Positions 50,501 to 64,000 of a stretch of 64,000 nt of DNA are shown here, piece by piece. The DNA comes from Proteromonas lacertae (lineage: Eukaryota): the NCBI GenBank assembly GCA_002245135.1, contig NGBS01000599.1, forward strand, positions 1 through 64,000, given 5' to 3'. Position numbers and translations under genes: made by a program. The stretch's first letter is position 1, and every line of letters starts with the position of its first letter. The notes under the pieces are model-generated. The model worked only from the letters and a program-made list of their open reading frames with translations, was not told the origin of the DNA and ran no database searches.

Positions 50501-52514
50501 TAAATACCATTCCTTATTACTGGGAGTATCTAATGTGTAATAGATTATTTGATTTTCACCAATTATTATATCTTTACCATTACTTTCTTCTATTGTATAT
50601 AAACCTTCAGTAAATTTATAACCATTTACTTTTAATTTAACAATACCTTTTGTTTTATATACTCCATTTGGTAAACACTTCATTCCTTTAACTACTTTGT
50701 CATTATCAGAATCAGTTAATTTAGCTACAATTACATGATTTGGAGATATAATATAAGCAACATTATCTTTTTCTTTTTCTTTCTTTTGTAATGTATATTC
50801 CACCATATTTGGTTCTTCTTCATTACAACTTCTAATCTCAATCGTTATTTCAACTCTCTTACACTCTTTTACCATTGTATATGGTTGAATTATCAAAGTA
50901 TAACTTCCTAATTCAGCTGAACTAATATTAACTTCACAATTCTTATTAATTTCAATTCTACTAGATACATTTACACTATTAATAATTATACAATCAACTA
51001 TTCTATTCAACTCTTCATCTGTATTAATTGGTTTTATTGTTGTATATGTCAACACTGGGAATCTAAAGATATTACCATCATATCTTACATCTACTGTAGA
51101 GGTATCAACTTCCTTTGGATTACAGACTAATGAATTACTATTGAATGAAATAGCTTCACCTTTATCTTTATTTGTTATTTCTAATTTTATTGTTTTTTCA
51201 TCTTTCTTTTGTTGAAGAAGTCTACCTTTTATTTCTGTTTTCTTCATTTCAAATTCAATAGCTAATGAACTATATTGGAATATAAAAACTTCCTCACCTC
51301 CTTTATAAACTTTATCATTAATCATATAAACAACATTGTCAACATTATAATCTGCAGAATTATTGGTTAATTCAATCTTATAATTACCTTCTTCTAAATT
51401 CAAATATGTATATAACATACCTCTTGTCACATTCACTGGTAGAGTAATAGTACCATCATTAGCAATCTGTAAAACAGTATCTTTAACTTCCTTTCCATCA
51501 TCATTATATAATAATGATCTAATACCTCTAGCATATTCATTCAATACGTAATAAGTATAATTCACATTATAACTTTCACTCAAATCATTTCTACACTTTA
51601 TATTCATTGTATAATTATTACTATCTAAGAATACTGCATTTCCTACTATTGAATAAATACCATTCACTAATCTTAAACTCATTCCATAAGGTAAATTCTC
51701 ACCAACACATTCTTTAGCATTTCCACTCATTATTAATTCAATTTCACTGTATTTTCCATTTATGAAGTTACCCATATTTATTGGTAATTTTAAATCTCTT
51801 AACGGATAATAGTCATCCACTTCATTACTTAATTCGATTTCTATTACACTACTCACTGTATGTTCCTCATTATTGTCAATATATTTCAAAGTAATTGTAT
51901 AATGATCTAATGGTTGACTGGTCTTGGAAGTTGTTTTAATTATTCCACTCTTTACATCACATGTAAAACTGTTAGTATTTGGTAGAATTGTACAATCAGT
52001 TATTGTTTTAGATGGAATACATAATGGGATTAATCTATAATCTTCAGTTGGCATTTTAATAGATTTAACACCATAAATATCACTGCATAATGGATCAACA
52101 ATACCACTTCTTATATCTAATAAATAGGTTGATGGAATGGTTGATATTTTAGCTACTGTTGTATTATCTACTTCAATATTTACTGATTTAGTTTCATTAT
52201 TGGATTCAAATATTAAGTTGATGAATAAATCAGATGGTACACAATATGTTAAGTTTCTTGCTTTAGTAGCTGTAGTTGGATGGAAGTAAATACCATTTGT
52301 AATTGCTGCAGTAATGTCTGTATCATTATCACTGGTTATGTTTAATTTCTTTGATTTATCTACACATACTACATCTTCATTTTCTTCACATTGTAAATAT
52401 AAATAATAATGATTATTGTTTAATACTGCATCAATCTTGTAATTTACACATGCATTTATTGTTATTAAATGATTCTTTAAATCAATGATAAATTCTGGTT
52501 GTTTTGGAGGTTGT

Positions 52515-52545
<31 letters not shown>

Positions 52546-54424
52546 GAGTTGTTGTAATCATTTCATCTCCTGGAGTTGTTGTAATTATTACATCTTCTGG
52601 AGTTGTTGTAATTATTACATCTCCTCCATCTGTATTTGGTGTTATTTCTTCTTCATCTGTATTTGATATAATTACTTCATCTCCTTCTTCATCTCCTTCA
52701 TTTACATCTGCAATTTTTCTTTTTGCTGCTTCTCCTTCTGGTGGTTCTGTTGTTAGTTCTGGTATTATAACTAATTCATTTTTATTATTATATACTTTAA
52801 TATCTTCAGCATTTTCAGCTTTAATTGTTATTTTACCATTGTCAACAATATCATAATGATTATATATTATTCTATTAATTCCTTTGGCTAATGTAGTGTC
52901 TATTTTTACTTCAATCTCTTCATCAGCTTTAGCATTCTTTTCATCTACTTGATGTGTTTTAGATATTTCTTCTACTTCCACTATATTAAATAATACTTTC
53001 TTATCATTATTCATTATATTAATATGAACAATACAACTAATCTCTTTACCATCAGCTAAAATACCAGTAATACTATACTCCTTCTCATTTCCACTAACAC
53101 TACTAATATTTCCACTTATTACACCAGTAATCTCATCAATAGTTAAACCTATTGATTTCATGGATGGTTTACTCATATATTTCACTATTTTTATATTTTC
53201 ATCATATATTATTGGTTTAATAATAACATTCTTTTCATCAGAATTCACGCTAATGATCTCTCTATCATAACTTAAGATAGTATTTGGTGAAATATAAAAG
53301 TATGATTTATCAATAACTTTATAATCAGCTTCAGTTGTCTTTTTCCATTCTAAAGTTAAGTTTTTACTTATTCCATTCATATTGTAATAAAACACTTCAA
53401 TTTCATGAATACCTTTGTTTAAATCAATTGTAGTTTTACTTTCATAAATACCATCTACTGTTACTGGACATCCTTGAATTACATAATTACGATTAACTCT
53501 TAAATAAGCACCACTTCCTGATTCTGTTGTTATTCTAAATGAATATTTGTTCGTTTCATCTATTTTAATATATCCGTTATAGCTTCTTCCATTTTTATAA
53601 TCAGTTTCTTCACCTTGTATTAATGATTCTACGATGTAACGTTCAGTGATCTTTGTATAGTGATTATTGTTAGGATTAATCAAACCACAACTCATGTCAG
53701 TATCTTTATTAATCCATTTCCATTCATTCACTTTTAAACCATGAAAACTATCTAATGGCATTGTATTTAAGGATGAAATATTGAAACTAACCTTATTTGT
53801 CTCTGATTTACCATTAACACAATAAAATGTCAATTGTTGACTCTCTATTACATTTGATATTACCATCTCACCTTCATAATATTTGGTATCTAAACTAAAA
53901 CCACCTATTTCTTTACTAACTACACAGGACTTAGCTATACCTGACATTCTCAATGGGATCTTGTAATGAAAGCCAGGAATGAACTGGTATGAAGGATAAT
54001 CACCAACTGATAAGTATCTGACTGGTTCTTCTAATACAGATAAATCTTCACAACTAATTGTGATGGTAACATTGAATACATTGTTGTCAAAGTCTAAAAC
54101 GGTCAATAGGTAATTTTTAGCTGTGTACTTCACGTCTTTGAATAACTGGATTATACCTGTTGAATTACTGAAACGACCATTAGTTAATGAGGGTGTAATT
54201 CTTATTGTGTTCAAATCACCTTCATATCTTGGTTCAATAGTCTCAACTTCTTTAGATGATGGATCATACTTAACAATGTATTTTGATACACCGTAATTGA
54301 AGTTAAATACTCCTGATGCTAAATCAAATATATAAATGATAGATATAATACCTTCTACACATGCCAAACAGATTACTGAAAATAGGCACAAGTTATAAAT
54401 TGCATTTCTCTTAGCACTAAACAT
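47594..54424 (-). CDS. Large type-I membrane surface protein (PA14-like, Ig-like, Thr-rich mucin patch, Cys/Trp HRM-like modules)
   Basis: 2276-aa intronless ORF; N-terminal hydrophobic segment; GYIKI..YSFRI..GIHEIEVFY..LTLEWK; two C-W-C-G-G-RxC-W-C modules; C-terminal TM and short basic tail. Confidence 0.85.
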
Positions 54425-54690
54425 CTTCTGCCTCTAAAATATTCAAAATTATATTAACAGTTGATGAAATTATAACCTTCGGTGCTGCGGTTTTCAAAGA
54501 TGAAAATTTGATTCAAGCCAGCTTTCAAGCCTATTTTTTTAATTTTTGTTATTCTCTCGCTGGAATGGATATTATTGCAAAATAATAACATTTTTATTTT
54601 TTTGTTAAGATATGTTATACAATATTCTTTTTTAAGAAACTAAACAAAAACAATACAATATAAAACATAGAAATACATAGATTTAATAAA

Positions 54691-57600
54691 TTAATACAAA
54701 AACAAATCTTTAAATAATGTTTCAAAATCACTCTTCTTCAATACACTATCTTCATTGGGGAAATACTTCTCCAGAATCGACTTCACATCTTCTTCAGTCA
54801 TAAACTTCTTACCTCTATTATTAGCAGATGTAAATGTATTATATAAATCTTGAAAACTAATAACACCCTTCTTCTTTCTATCACATAATCTAAACATTTC
54901 TTCCATTTCTTTCTTCTGTTTTTCAGTCAATTTCTTATTACCATATCCTTTATATAACAAATCATTAGGATCCTGTTGAGTTTCTAGTGTCTTTACAAAT
55001 TCTAACATATCTTTAATATCCTTCTGTGTAGCATATGGTAAGGCAGCTCTTAAGACTTCATCAAAACCTAAACAGCCACTTCCATCTGTATCTATTGTCT
55101 CAAACATTGCATCTTTCAATCCAGCATTTTTAGAACCTTGCATCATTGGGAATGCAGCAAATTCTTCAATATCAATATATCCACTATGATCAGTATCACA
55201 ATTATCAAATAGTTTTTTTAATTCAATAACTTCTTTCATTGAATATACACCAATATTCTTACTCTTATGAGGAGAGGTGAAATGACGATTATGTGATTTT
55301 GTTTTGGATATTATTCTACTATAAGAAGCAGAACGAATTGGTTTTAATGCTTTACAGGAGTTGACTAATTGATTTGTTTCTTCTAAAGCTTTTTCATGTT
55401 CTTCTTTTGTATAATGTTTATGTCTTGGAGGAGGTGGTGGTGATGAAATAACATATTCTAATTTTTGATAATATTTATCAATTAATTCCATCTCTGATTT
55501 TGTATAAGAACCAATTGCACTTACTTCATTACTATTATCAATACTTTGGTTAAAAGTATCAAAAGAGGAAGAGGAATTATAAATATTATATTCTTCATCA
55601 CTTTGTTTCTGTTGTAAAGCAGCTGATTCTCTCAATAACTGTGAATGTGTAGTTGCCATATATTTACTAGACATTAATTCAGGCATTGATTTACTAAATC
55701 GATCATGGTAAATAAGTGGAATATGTCTTTTCTTAAATTGACTTGTTAAAAAATCACTTGGTGTTGTATCTAATTTAGTTTTGAATGAAATATTTAATTG
55801 TCTTCCTCTTGCTTTCTCGGAGTTGTAATTATTATAAACATCACCACTTGCAGCATATACTGGCTTAGGTTCTTCATATTGAACTGATATTAATGAACTT
55901 CTTCTCTTTTGCATTAATATACTATCATCTACAATATAATCTTCCTTTTCTTCTATTGTGATTTTCTTATCTACTATCTGTTCTAATATTTTGTTGTGTT
56001 TTGTTAATTTTTGAGTTTCATGTTCATCCATTGAACTTGTCATTGATTGAACCTTTGGTAGATCGATATGTACAGCTGGTAATATTGATGATCTTCGTGT
56101 TTTTAACTTATCTCTTTTGATTTGATTTAACATAGTTTTTGATTGACTATCCATCTTTTCAACTATTGCATCATAACCAACATCAAATATATATTTTTCT
56201 CCTTTTATATCTCCTCTATTAATAGCATCAGCTTCTTCCATACTTCGATTTAATACACCTAAACAATGACCATCACAACTCCATAACTTTACAGATAAAT
56301 CATAAGAACCACTTATAAAAGTATTATTCTTTTCATTATAACGTAATAAAGTGATTAATTCATTATGTGCTTTAAATGTAGTTACTAAATTCTGAACTGG
56401 ATTAAACCTTCTCATTACCATTTCTACTTCCTTTTGCTGTTCATCAATTTGTTCTTTATCTAAATATAAATAAGGAGTTTGATAAACCAAAGCATCACTC
56501 TTCTTACATGTACTAAAATTACGTCTTCTACTGGTATAAGATGCTTTATTACATGGGAAATCATTATCACTTAAATGCCTTAATCTTCTACTTTCTATTA
56601 ACTTTGCAATATTCCATACACGAATATAACCTTTTTCATCACCTGTAATAATCAAAAATTGATTTCTTTCAGAGTTAAAAGCTGCACATACCTTTGCAAA
56701 TGGAAATGTTTCTATTTTACTGGAAGTTTGTTGTTGTACAAATGATGTTGATGTTTGTGTTGGTAAAGAAGTGATAAATGTAGAAGCAGAATCTTTGGAA
56801 CTTACAGAGACACTATCTTTATCTTTTAGGAATATTCTACTGTTAGTATTCTCTCTAGAAATCATTGTTTCTCTTCTTGCTTCAGATTTATTATCATTTT
56901 CTTTATTATTTTCATTATTTTCATTATTATTATTATTATCATTATCATCGTTGTTGTCATTATTATTATTACTATTAATTATAATTGACGATTGTTTAGA
57001 TTGAGTATCACCTTCATGTACAAAGTTAGGAATAACTTGTAACAGTTTGTATTTATAATTACTATATCTCCATATCAACATATATCCATCACAATCAATA
57101 CTCACTATCAACGCATATTCAGGGATAATACACACATCCACAATCTCAGCAGTATGTCCAGTTAAACATGCTAATATATTCAAAGATTGAAAATCAAATA
57201 ATCTCAATGTAAAATCAGCTGAACCAGTTGCTATTAAACATAATTCTCTACTGAAAGCTGAACATGTTACATCCATATCGTGTATATTATTCATCTGTCT
57301 CATTACTATTAAATCATCTTGATCATTCTCATCATAAACTGTTAATACACCATCCATTGAGATTGTAACAATCATTCTATCCACTGCACAATAATGACAA
57401 CCAATCAAATCCTTTGTACCTGTTGGCTTCTCTTTCATTACAATACCATTGGTTGTATTTAAGACTTGGATTTTTCCATCTGATCGACCAATAATAATCT
57501 TTCTTTCTCTATCATCTAAACAACATCCAGTAATCTCACTTTCTGTATTATAAGTGGATATTTGTTCACCTGTTCTTGCATTCCATACACTAATATCACT

Positions 57601-59002
57601 ACCAGCTATAGTATAAAATGCAAAATTTGTTTCACTGTAAATACATTCAGATGGAATAGATTCAACAACATGTGTTCTAGTACATCTAAAATAATATAAT
57701 TTATTAAAACCAGCCATTATTAAATCACGATTCGGTCTATTGACAATCATACCAACTGGATAGAATTTACTCAATACACTGGAAGTGGTAAACATTTGTA
57801 AACATGGAGCAACTCCATTATGAGTTCTTCTAGCATCCCACATACGATAATTACCTTTCTGATCACCTGTTATTACACGTTCTGGTATAAATGGAGGATT
57901 ACAGATTTGAGCTAATGGGAAACGATGACCAACCAATTTTAATAAACATCTTTTTGTACTATTTAAAAAAATATATATAAAAAAAAATACTTTAAATCCC
58001 AACCAAAAGCATCATACTCAAATCCAATACTAAACAATAGATCAGATGATGGAACATAAACCATTTTAGTCACACCCAATGTATGACCTTTTAAACTTCC
58101 TCTATATACATAACTTCTAATATCCCAAGTAGCAATCGTATGATCTAATGAACAACTACATATTAACTCATGCAATGGGACTTCTACTAAATCCATTACT
58201 CTTTCAGTATGTTGCACTAATATATCACGTGTTGTACGAGTATGCATATCCCAAACTTTAACTTCTGGACCTCCAGAGGTAAATAATGTACATCCAATAG
58301 ATGAATAACACATGACATTTTGAAATATATTATTATGGAATCTACACTGGAATTTGTAGAATTCTGTATCCCATAAGGTTATACTGAATGAATCACTACA
58401 TATGCCAATATAATTTAAATCTTTTATATAACAACTACAAGCCAAACCACATCGATTAGTAGCATCTCCATAACCTTCATCTACTACTTCAATTTCATGA
58501 ATTAAATTAAAGTTTACATCGAAAATTTTTAAATGATTATCACTTTTTTCACACACCATTAAATATTGCTTCTCTGGAACCCAACATATGTGTCTGATAC
58601 CTGTGTGTAAGTATTTATCATTGTGTTTATCTTCTTCTTGAACGTATGTGTGGTTATTTACGAGTGGAGTTGGTTGAGTTGCTATCATACCAGCTTCTAC
58701 ACAAAACATAGTAAATTCTGACCATTCTAAATCGCCCTATATAATAATAACTAAATAGATAAATAATACATCTCCATTTACATCAATCTGTGCAAACAAA
58801 TCTCTTAATTTTGAAACTAATGACACTATTTGGATAAATAACAAGAATTAAAAATACCTTGTTCTGCTTCACTTCTTGGTGGCAGACGTTGCAACATCTC
58901 ATCAACAAATTGAGTCAAAACAAGTGAATTATTTGGTTCTTCTAAGAATCTAAGTCTAAGGGAATTTAAATCATTCCCATCTAATTCCATCATAATATCC
59001 AT
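54691..59002 (-). CDS. EF-hand plus WD40-repeat protein (WDR49/EFCAB8-like architecture, spliced)
   Basis: Introns 58826-58857, 58737-58769 and 57959-57990; N-terminal EF-hand DVNGDGDLEWSEF; GH...WD repeats; C-terminal DTDHSGYIDIEE and DTDGSGCLGFDE. Confidence 0.88.
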
Positions 59003-59378
59003 TTTGAGTTAAATAATTTATAAATTAATATAAAACCTAGATAAAGAGAAAATTGATTTTAAAATAGTAACGAAATCGAAACGATTATATTTTTGAAATA
59101 AAATTTCAGTTTGATTTTTTTGAATTTGAAATTCCAATTACAATTACTACATTTGCTTAATAAATATAACTATTTATATATACAAATAAATAAAACTAAA
59201 CTAATGATCTTCTTTATATTCCAATAACCTTTGAAGTAATTCTTGATTTCTCATAACCAGGTATTTATTCATTATCTCATATTGATTTATCATTAACAAT
59301 CAATTCTAGATTGGAATTATTTTCAATTCTGGTAAATTAAAGCATATATACTTCAAATTAACTTTAGATCATTTCTGG

Positions 59379-62300
59379 CTAATTTTCCTCCATAATTGTA
59401 TTGATTCTATCATAAATAACAATATTATTATCACATAATCTATTTGCTAAATCTTTTAAATACTGTTTATAAGCATTATATCTTTCTTCTAAGATATTTA
59501 GTTTCTTCAATAACATATTCTTGTCTTCAGTGAGATTGTTTATCATATTACAATGTTCTTCGATAACATCATCCAAATCATATACCAAATCATTCAATTC
59601 ATTTATTTCATATGAAAATGATGGATCTAATTGTTTATTTACCATTCTTATAATACTAGATGGTGGTATAATTGAAGATACTTCATTATATTCAATTGTT
59701 GATAAATCCAAATTTCTTAATTCATGTGAAGATTCATTCATTTCATTTTCTGGAATGTAATTCAATGATGAGCTTTCTAAAGAGTGAGTATCATCTTTCA
59801 TTGTGTAGATTATAATATCAATTTGATACTCATTCAAACCTAATTCTACAGTTTCAATTATACTATCAACATTTAATAATGATGAATTGTAATGAATTGA
59901 CTTATTTATTATATCCTCTTCATATTTTATATCGATTGAATGACATAACACTGATAATTGCTCTTCATTTTCTTCATTATCTTCCTTATCTTCACATCTT
60001 AGATCAACTGACTGTTGGATTAACTTCAACTCACATTTCTGTTTTTCATCTTCATTGCTAAAATCTATGGAATGTTGAATTAATGATAAAGATGATTCTT
60101 TTCTTTCTCTAATAATTTCTTCTAATTTTATTTCTTCATATTTCATAAAAACACATTCTTTGTTTATTCTTTCTTCACATTCTACATCTATTGATTCTTG
60201 AATTAATTGAAAACTGTATTGTCTTTCATCATCTTCACATATCAAATCAATAGAATGTTGTAGTAATAAAATATTCTTGCTTATTATATATTCATCATCA
60301 TTCTTTCCATTTTCATCAACTTCTTCATTTTTTCTTCCACATCCATCAACAATTGTGTTTTCTTCCTTATTTACATCCACTTCTTCAAATCTAATATCGA
60401 TTAATTCTTGAATAAATTGAAGATTACTTTCATCTTCATATTCAATATCAATGGAATGTCCAATTATACTAAAATCATATCCTCTTTTGTTATCATACTT
60501 TACATCCAACGAATTATGAAATATTGATAATTCTTCTTGATTTTCTTCTGTATTCATTTCTTTATAATTAAAATTAATACATTCTTGGATTAAAACAAGA
60601 TTATCTTCTATATTTCTATTTTCCTTGTTTATACTTTCTTCTACACTTCTTAAACAAATAATATCTGGAATAAAAACAATTTCACACTCTTTTCTATTTA
60701 CATTTTCCTCATTACATCTATTATCATCCTCTTCTAACTCTTTTCCATTTTTATCTTCTTTTCTTTCTTCTACATAATCTTCATCTGTTAATTCTTTATC
60801 ATAAGTAATGTTTATTAATTCCTTAATTATACCAAAATCAATTTCTTTTTCTTTCATTTCATCTTCTTTTAATTTTTTATTCATTTTCACTTCTTCATAA
60901 ATTATATCATAAAAATATTGAATAAATGATAATTCTTCTTCAATCTCATTAACTTTTACTTCATCATATCTTATTTCAAGAGTATCTGTAATTAAATGTA
61001 AATCATATTCTTTTCTATTTTCATCCTTCATACTATCTTCCTTATTATCTGTTTCATTTCCTATATAATTCTTATTTACTTTAAAATATTCTTCTTCATC
61101 TTTATTCTCTTCATTTTTATCCTCAACACTTGCTAAAGAAATTATTTCTGGAATATAAACAACATCATATTCTTTTTCTTCTTCCATCTCTTTTCTTTTT
61201 TCTTTATCATATTCTATATTCAATGACTGCTGAAGTAATGATAATTCTTTTTGTATTTGCCATTTTTCTACATTTTCTTCATCTACACCATCACATGTTA
61301 TGTTAATTGAATATTGAATCAGAATAAGATCTTCATCTTTTTCTTTACCACTACCTTCATCTAATTCATCATATTTTAAGTAGATTATCTCTTGGATCAG
61401 ATGAAGATTAGACTGTTTTTCTTTACTTCTATTATTTCTACATCCATCTATCACATCCATTAATTCTTTATTTTCTTCATTTTCATCTTCTTCTATACTT
61501 CTTAAACTAATTATATCTGGAATATAAATATAATCATATTCCTTTCTTTCTTCTTTTTCATTCCTTTCTTTATCATCTTTATCATATTTTAAATCTAATG
61601 AGTAACATATAACAGACAATCCCTTTTGTGTTTGTTGAATTTCTATTCCATCTTCAGTATCAGTTATATCATCACCAATTAAATCAATTGATTCTTTTAT
61701 TAATTGATAATTATATTCTCTTTCATCTTTTCTACTTTCTTCATCATTTTGTATCTCTATACTTCTTAAACTGATTATTTCTGGTATGAAAACAACATCA
61801 TCTTCTTTTCTTTCTTCATTTTCTAAATCATCATATATTATATCTAACGAATAACGTTCCAATGATAGTTTCTCTGATATTTGATGAATTTCTTCATTCT
61901 CTCCTTCATATCTTTCTGCACTTACATTGACTGGACTATAATCTACAGTAGATAGTTCTAATTCCTCCATTTCTTTCTCATTCTCAATTCTGAATGAATT
62001 TGATTTCGATTGCATTTCAATACTATCTTGTATTAATGTCATCGCTGTTTGAAGATTGTGTTTAATACTCTTTTCAAACTTTATTTGTTCTGATTCAAAA
62101 ATCATATTTACATTTTCATTAACAATAATTTCCAACCCAATAAAATCCTCAAATTCAACATCTATATCACCATTATTTACCATAGATAGCTGTATATTTT
62201 CTTTTACTGTTGAAATTCTCATATCATCAGAAGAATAAATATAATTAATTGGATGGTAAAGAATTATACAAAATTCATAATTGTGATATATTGTTGGAGA

Positions 62301-64000
62301 TAATGATGGAGATGTAATAGCTATATTCCTAAAAGACTTTGGAGTTGAGATGAATGATACTTTTTCTTCTTGTTCTGGTTTATAATATTCTGAAATGATA
62401 GGGTAATACTGTAAAGAAATAACTTCTTCATTTAGTGTTGAGTTGTATAAATCTATTGTATTATACTCAACTAGTACAAGTTTATCATCACCATCAATGA
62501 ATTGGCATTTCATTAAATTCTTAATACTAGAAATTTCACTATACGAATCTATATCATTATCAACAATATTCTCATGATTCTCTACTATAAAATCAGACCT
62601 TTGATTATTAATCAACGATAATTCATCTTCTATTATAATAGTTTCTGTACCACTTGTTGTTAATCGTTTCATATCACATTCTCTATTCTCATTAATACTA
62701 TCAACACTACTATTAAATGATAAAATCTGCAGTTTGATTGGTTCTTGTATAATGTCAGTTACTGGGTAAATAATTCGACTATATTCTACTGCAGGGTAAT
62801 AATATATATCAATTTCTTCTGCAGAAATTGAAAAATCATCATTATCTTTATTTATTATTTCAATTAAATCATTCTCTTTAGTTACAAATGGAGATATTTC
62901 TTCAATTGAATTAGTAAGTTCAAACTGGCAAGTTGATGATTGTTGTTGATAGGTGATTGAATGTAAAGGAGATTTAATCTCTTCTAATATACTATCATCT
63001 TTTATATAATTCTCTATTAAATAGTTATTAACATTTAATCTTTCTTTTCTAACATAAGATACAATAGGATTGGATATTTTAACAAGTTGTAAAGGATTGT
63101 ATAAAAGGTTATTTATTTCATATGATTTACACTCATTATTATCCAAATCTACAATAATATCAATCAATTCTTGAGTTAGATGAATCTGTGGATTTGTAGA
63201 AATGTAATTCACTTGTTCATTATCATTATTAAACTCCAATAAAGAAAGTGGCTTATTCTTTAATTCTTCAATATAATTACAATATCCATTTATCTCTTCT
63301 TTAAGGCTTAGACATGTAGTTTGCAATTCTAATTGGTGATTATTCATAAAAGACATTGATTCTTCAAAACTAGTCATTTTCTCTATTAATTCGTTATTAT
63401 TATCTTCATATTGTTGATTTTGTAATAGCAATTGGTTGTTTTGTTCTTTAAACTCGTGATTCTGTTGAAGTAAAACGGAATTCTGTTTTTGAAACTGTTT
63501 ATTTTGTTTAAAAAATCCATATTTTGGTTGTTTATTTCTTCATTTTCATTGTTTAAATTCTGTATTACTTCAACATATTTCTTATTACTTTGCTTAAATT
63601 TATCAATTTCATCATTCAAACTAATTAGTTCATTCTTAAAACATTCATTCTCTTCTTTTGTATTTTCACATTCTAATTTCAGTTTTTCTAATTGTTTTTG
63701 AAGTTCATTCTTTTCATATTTTAATGTACTGATTTGATTCTGTAGATGTGTAGTATTCTCTTTACCAATAGATAGATTCTGTCTTAATTTCAGCAATTTT
63801 GATTGATTGTTTTTCTCATTTTCTTTCATGTCTTTATTATCTGACTGTAATTTTACATATTTTTCTTGTAAATTCTTTAATTTTGTCTGTTCTTTACTTA
63901 TTTTCTGTTGAAAATCATTAATTCTCTTTTCATATATCTCATTATCATTCTGATGTAATTCTATTACTTTTTTCAAATTCTCAAAACTATTATCACTTTT
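59379..64000 (-). CDS. Large coiled-coil plus acidic degenerate-repeat protein (5' part off-window)
   Basis: ORFs 63386-63976 and 59379-63431 join by a 1-nt indel near 63510; recurring L-x-LIQ-x-SID-x-Y and V-x-IPEIISLRS units; 3' end may extend to about 59201. Confidence 0.7.

Noticed and set aside
39440..59210. Stop codons created by polyadenylation, as described for Blastocystis
   Set aside because: The host genes examined have genomic stops, and the downstream TGTTTGTT motif was not consistently positioned.
63489..63530. Programmed frameshift between ORFs 63386-63976 and 59379-63431
   Set aside because: A 1-nt indel at a T/A homopolymer boundary is more simply an assembly error.

Overview
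AT-rich microbial-eukaryote DNA. Host genes have tiny (26-38 nt) GT-AG introns, and the gene content looks Blastocystis-like (an inference, not a database result). The window has four parts. (1) 1-26.2 kb is a decaying cluster of endogenous Polinton/Maverick-like viruses. Two divergent AT-rich elements each carry a protein-primed PolB and an rve integrase with an apparent D-D-D triad. They flank a 5.5-kb GC-rich morphogenesis module (putative double-jelly-roll capsid, adenain-like protease remnant, long coiled-coil ORF) that is joined in frame to an Hsp70 remnant. (2) 26.2-33.1 kb holds DNA-transposon debris: a deleted hAT element, two foldback/MITE-like elements and a decayed host gene. (3) 33.8-41.4 kb is a compact intronless cluster of five glycan-modifying enzymes (GT2-like, GT15, GT10, GT31, LicD), an unidentified structured RNA-like hairpin and a bacterial-type NhaC-family transporter. 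(4) 41.6-64 kb holds minus-strand host genes: an LRR protein with a U12-type AT-AC intron, a coiled-coil protein, a 2276-aa surface protein, a WD40/EF-hand protein and an acidic repeat protein. All family calls come from motifs recognised by eye; no searches were run.
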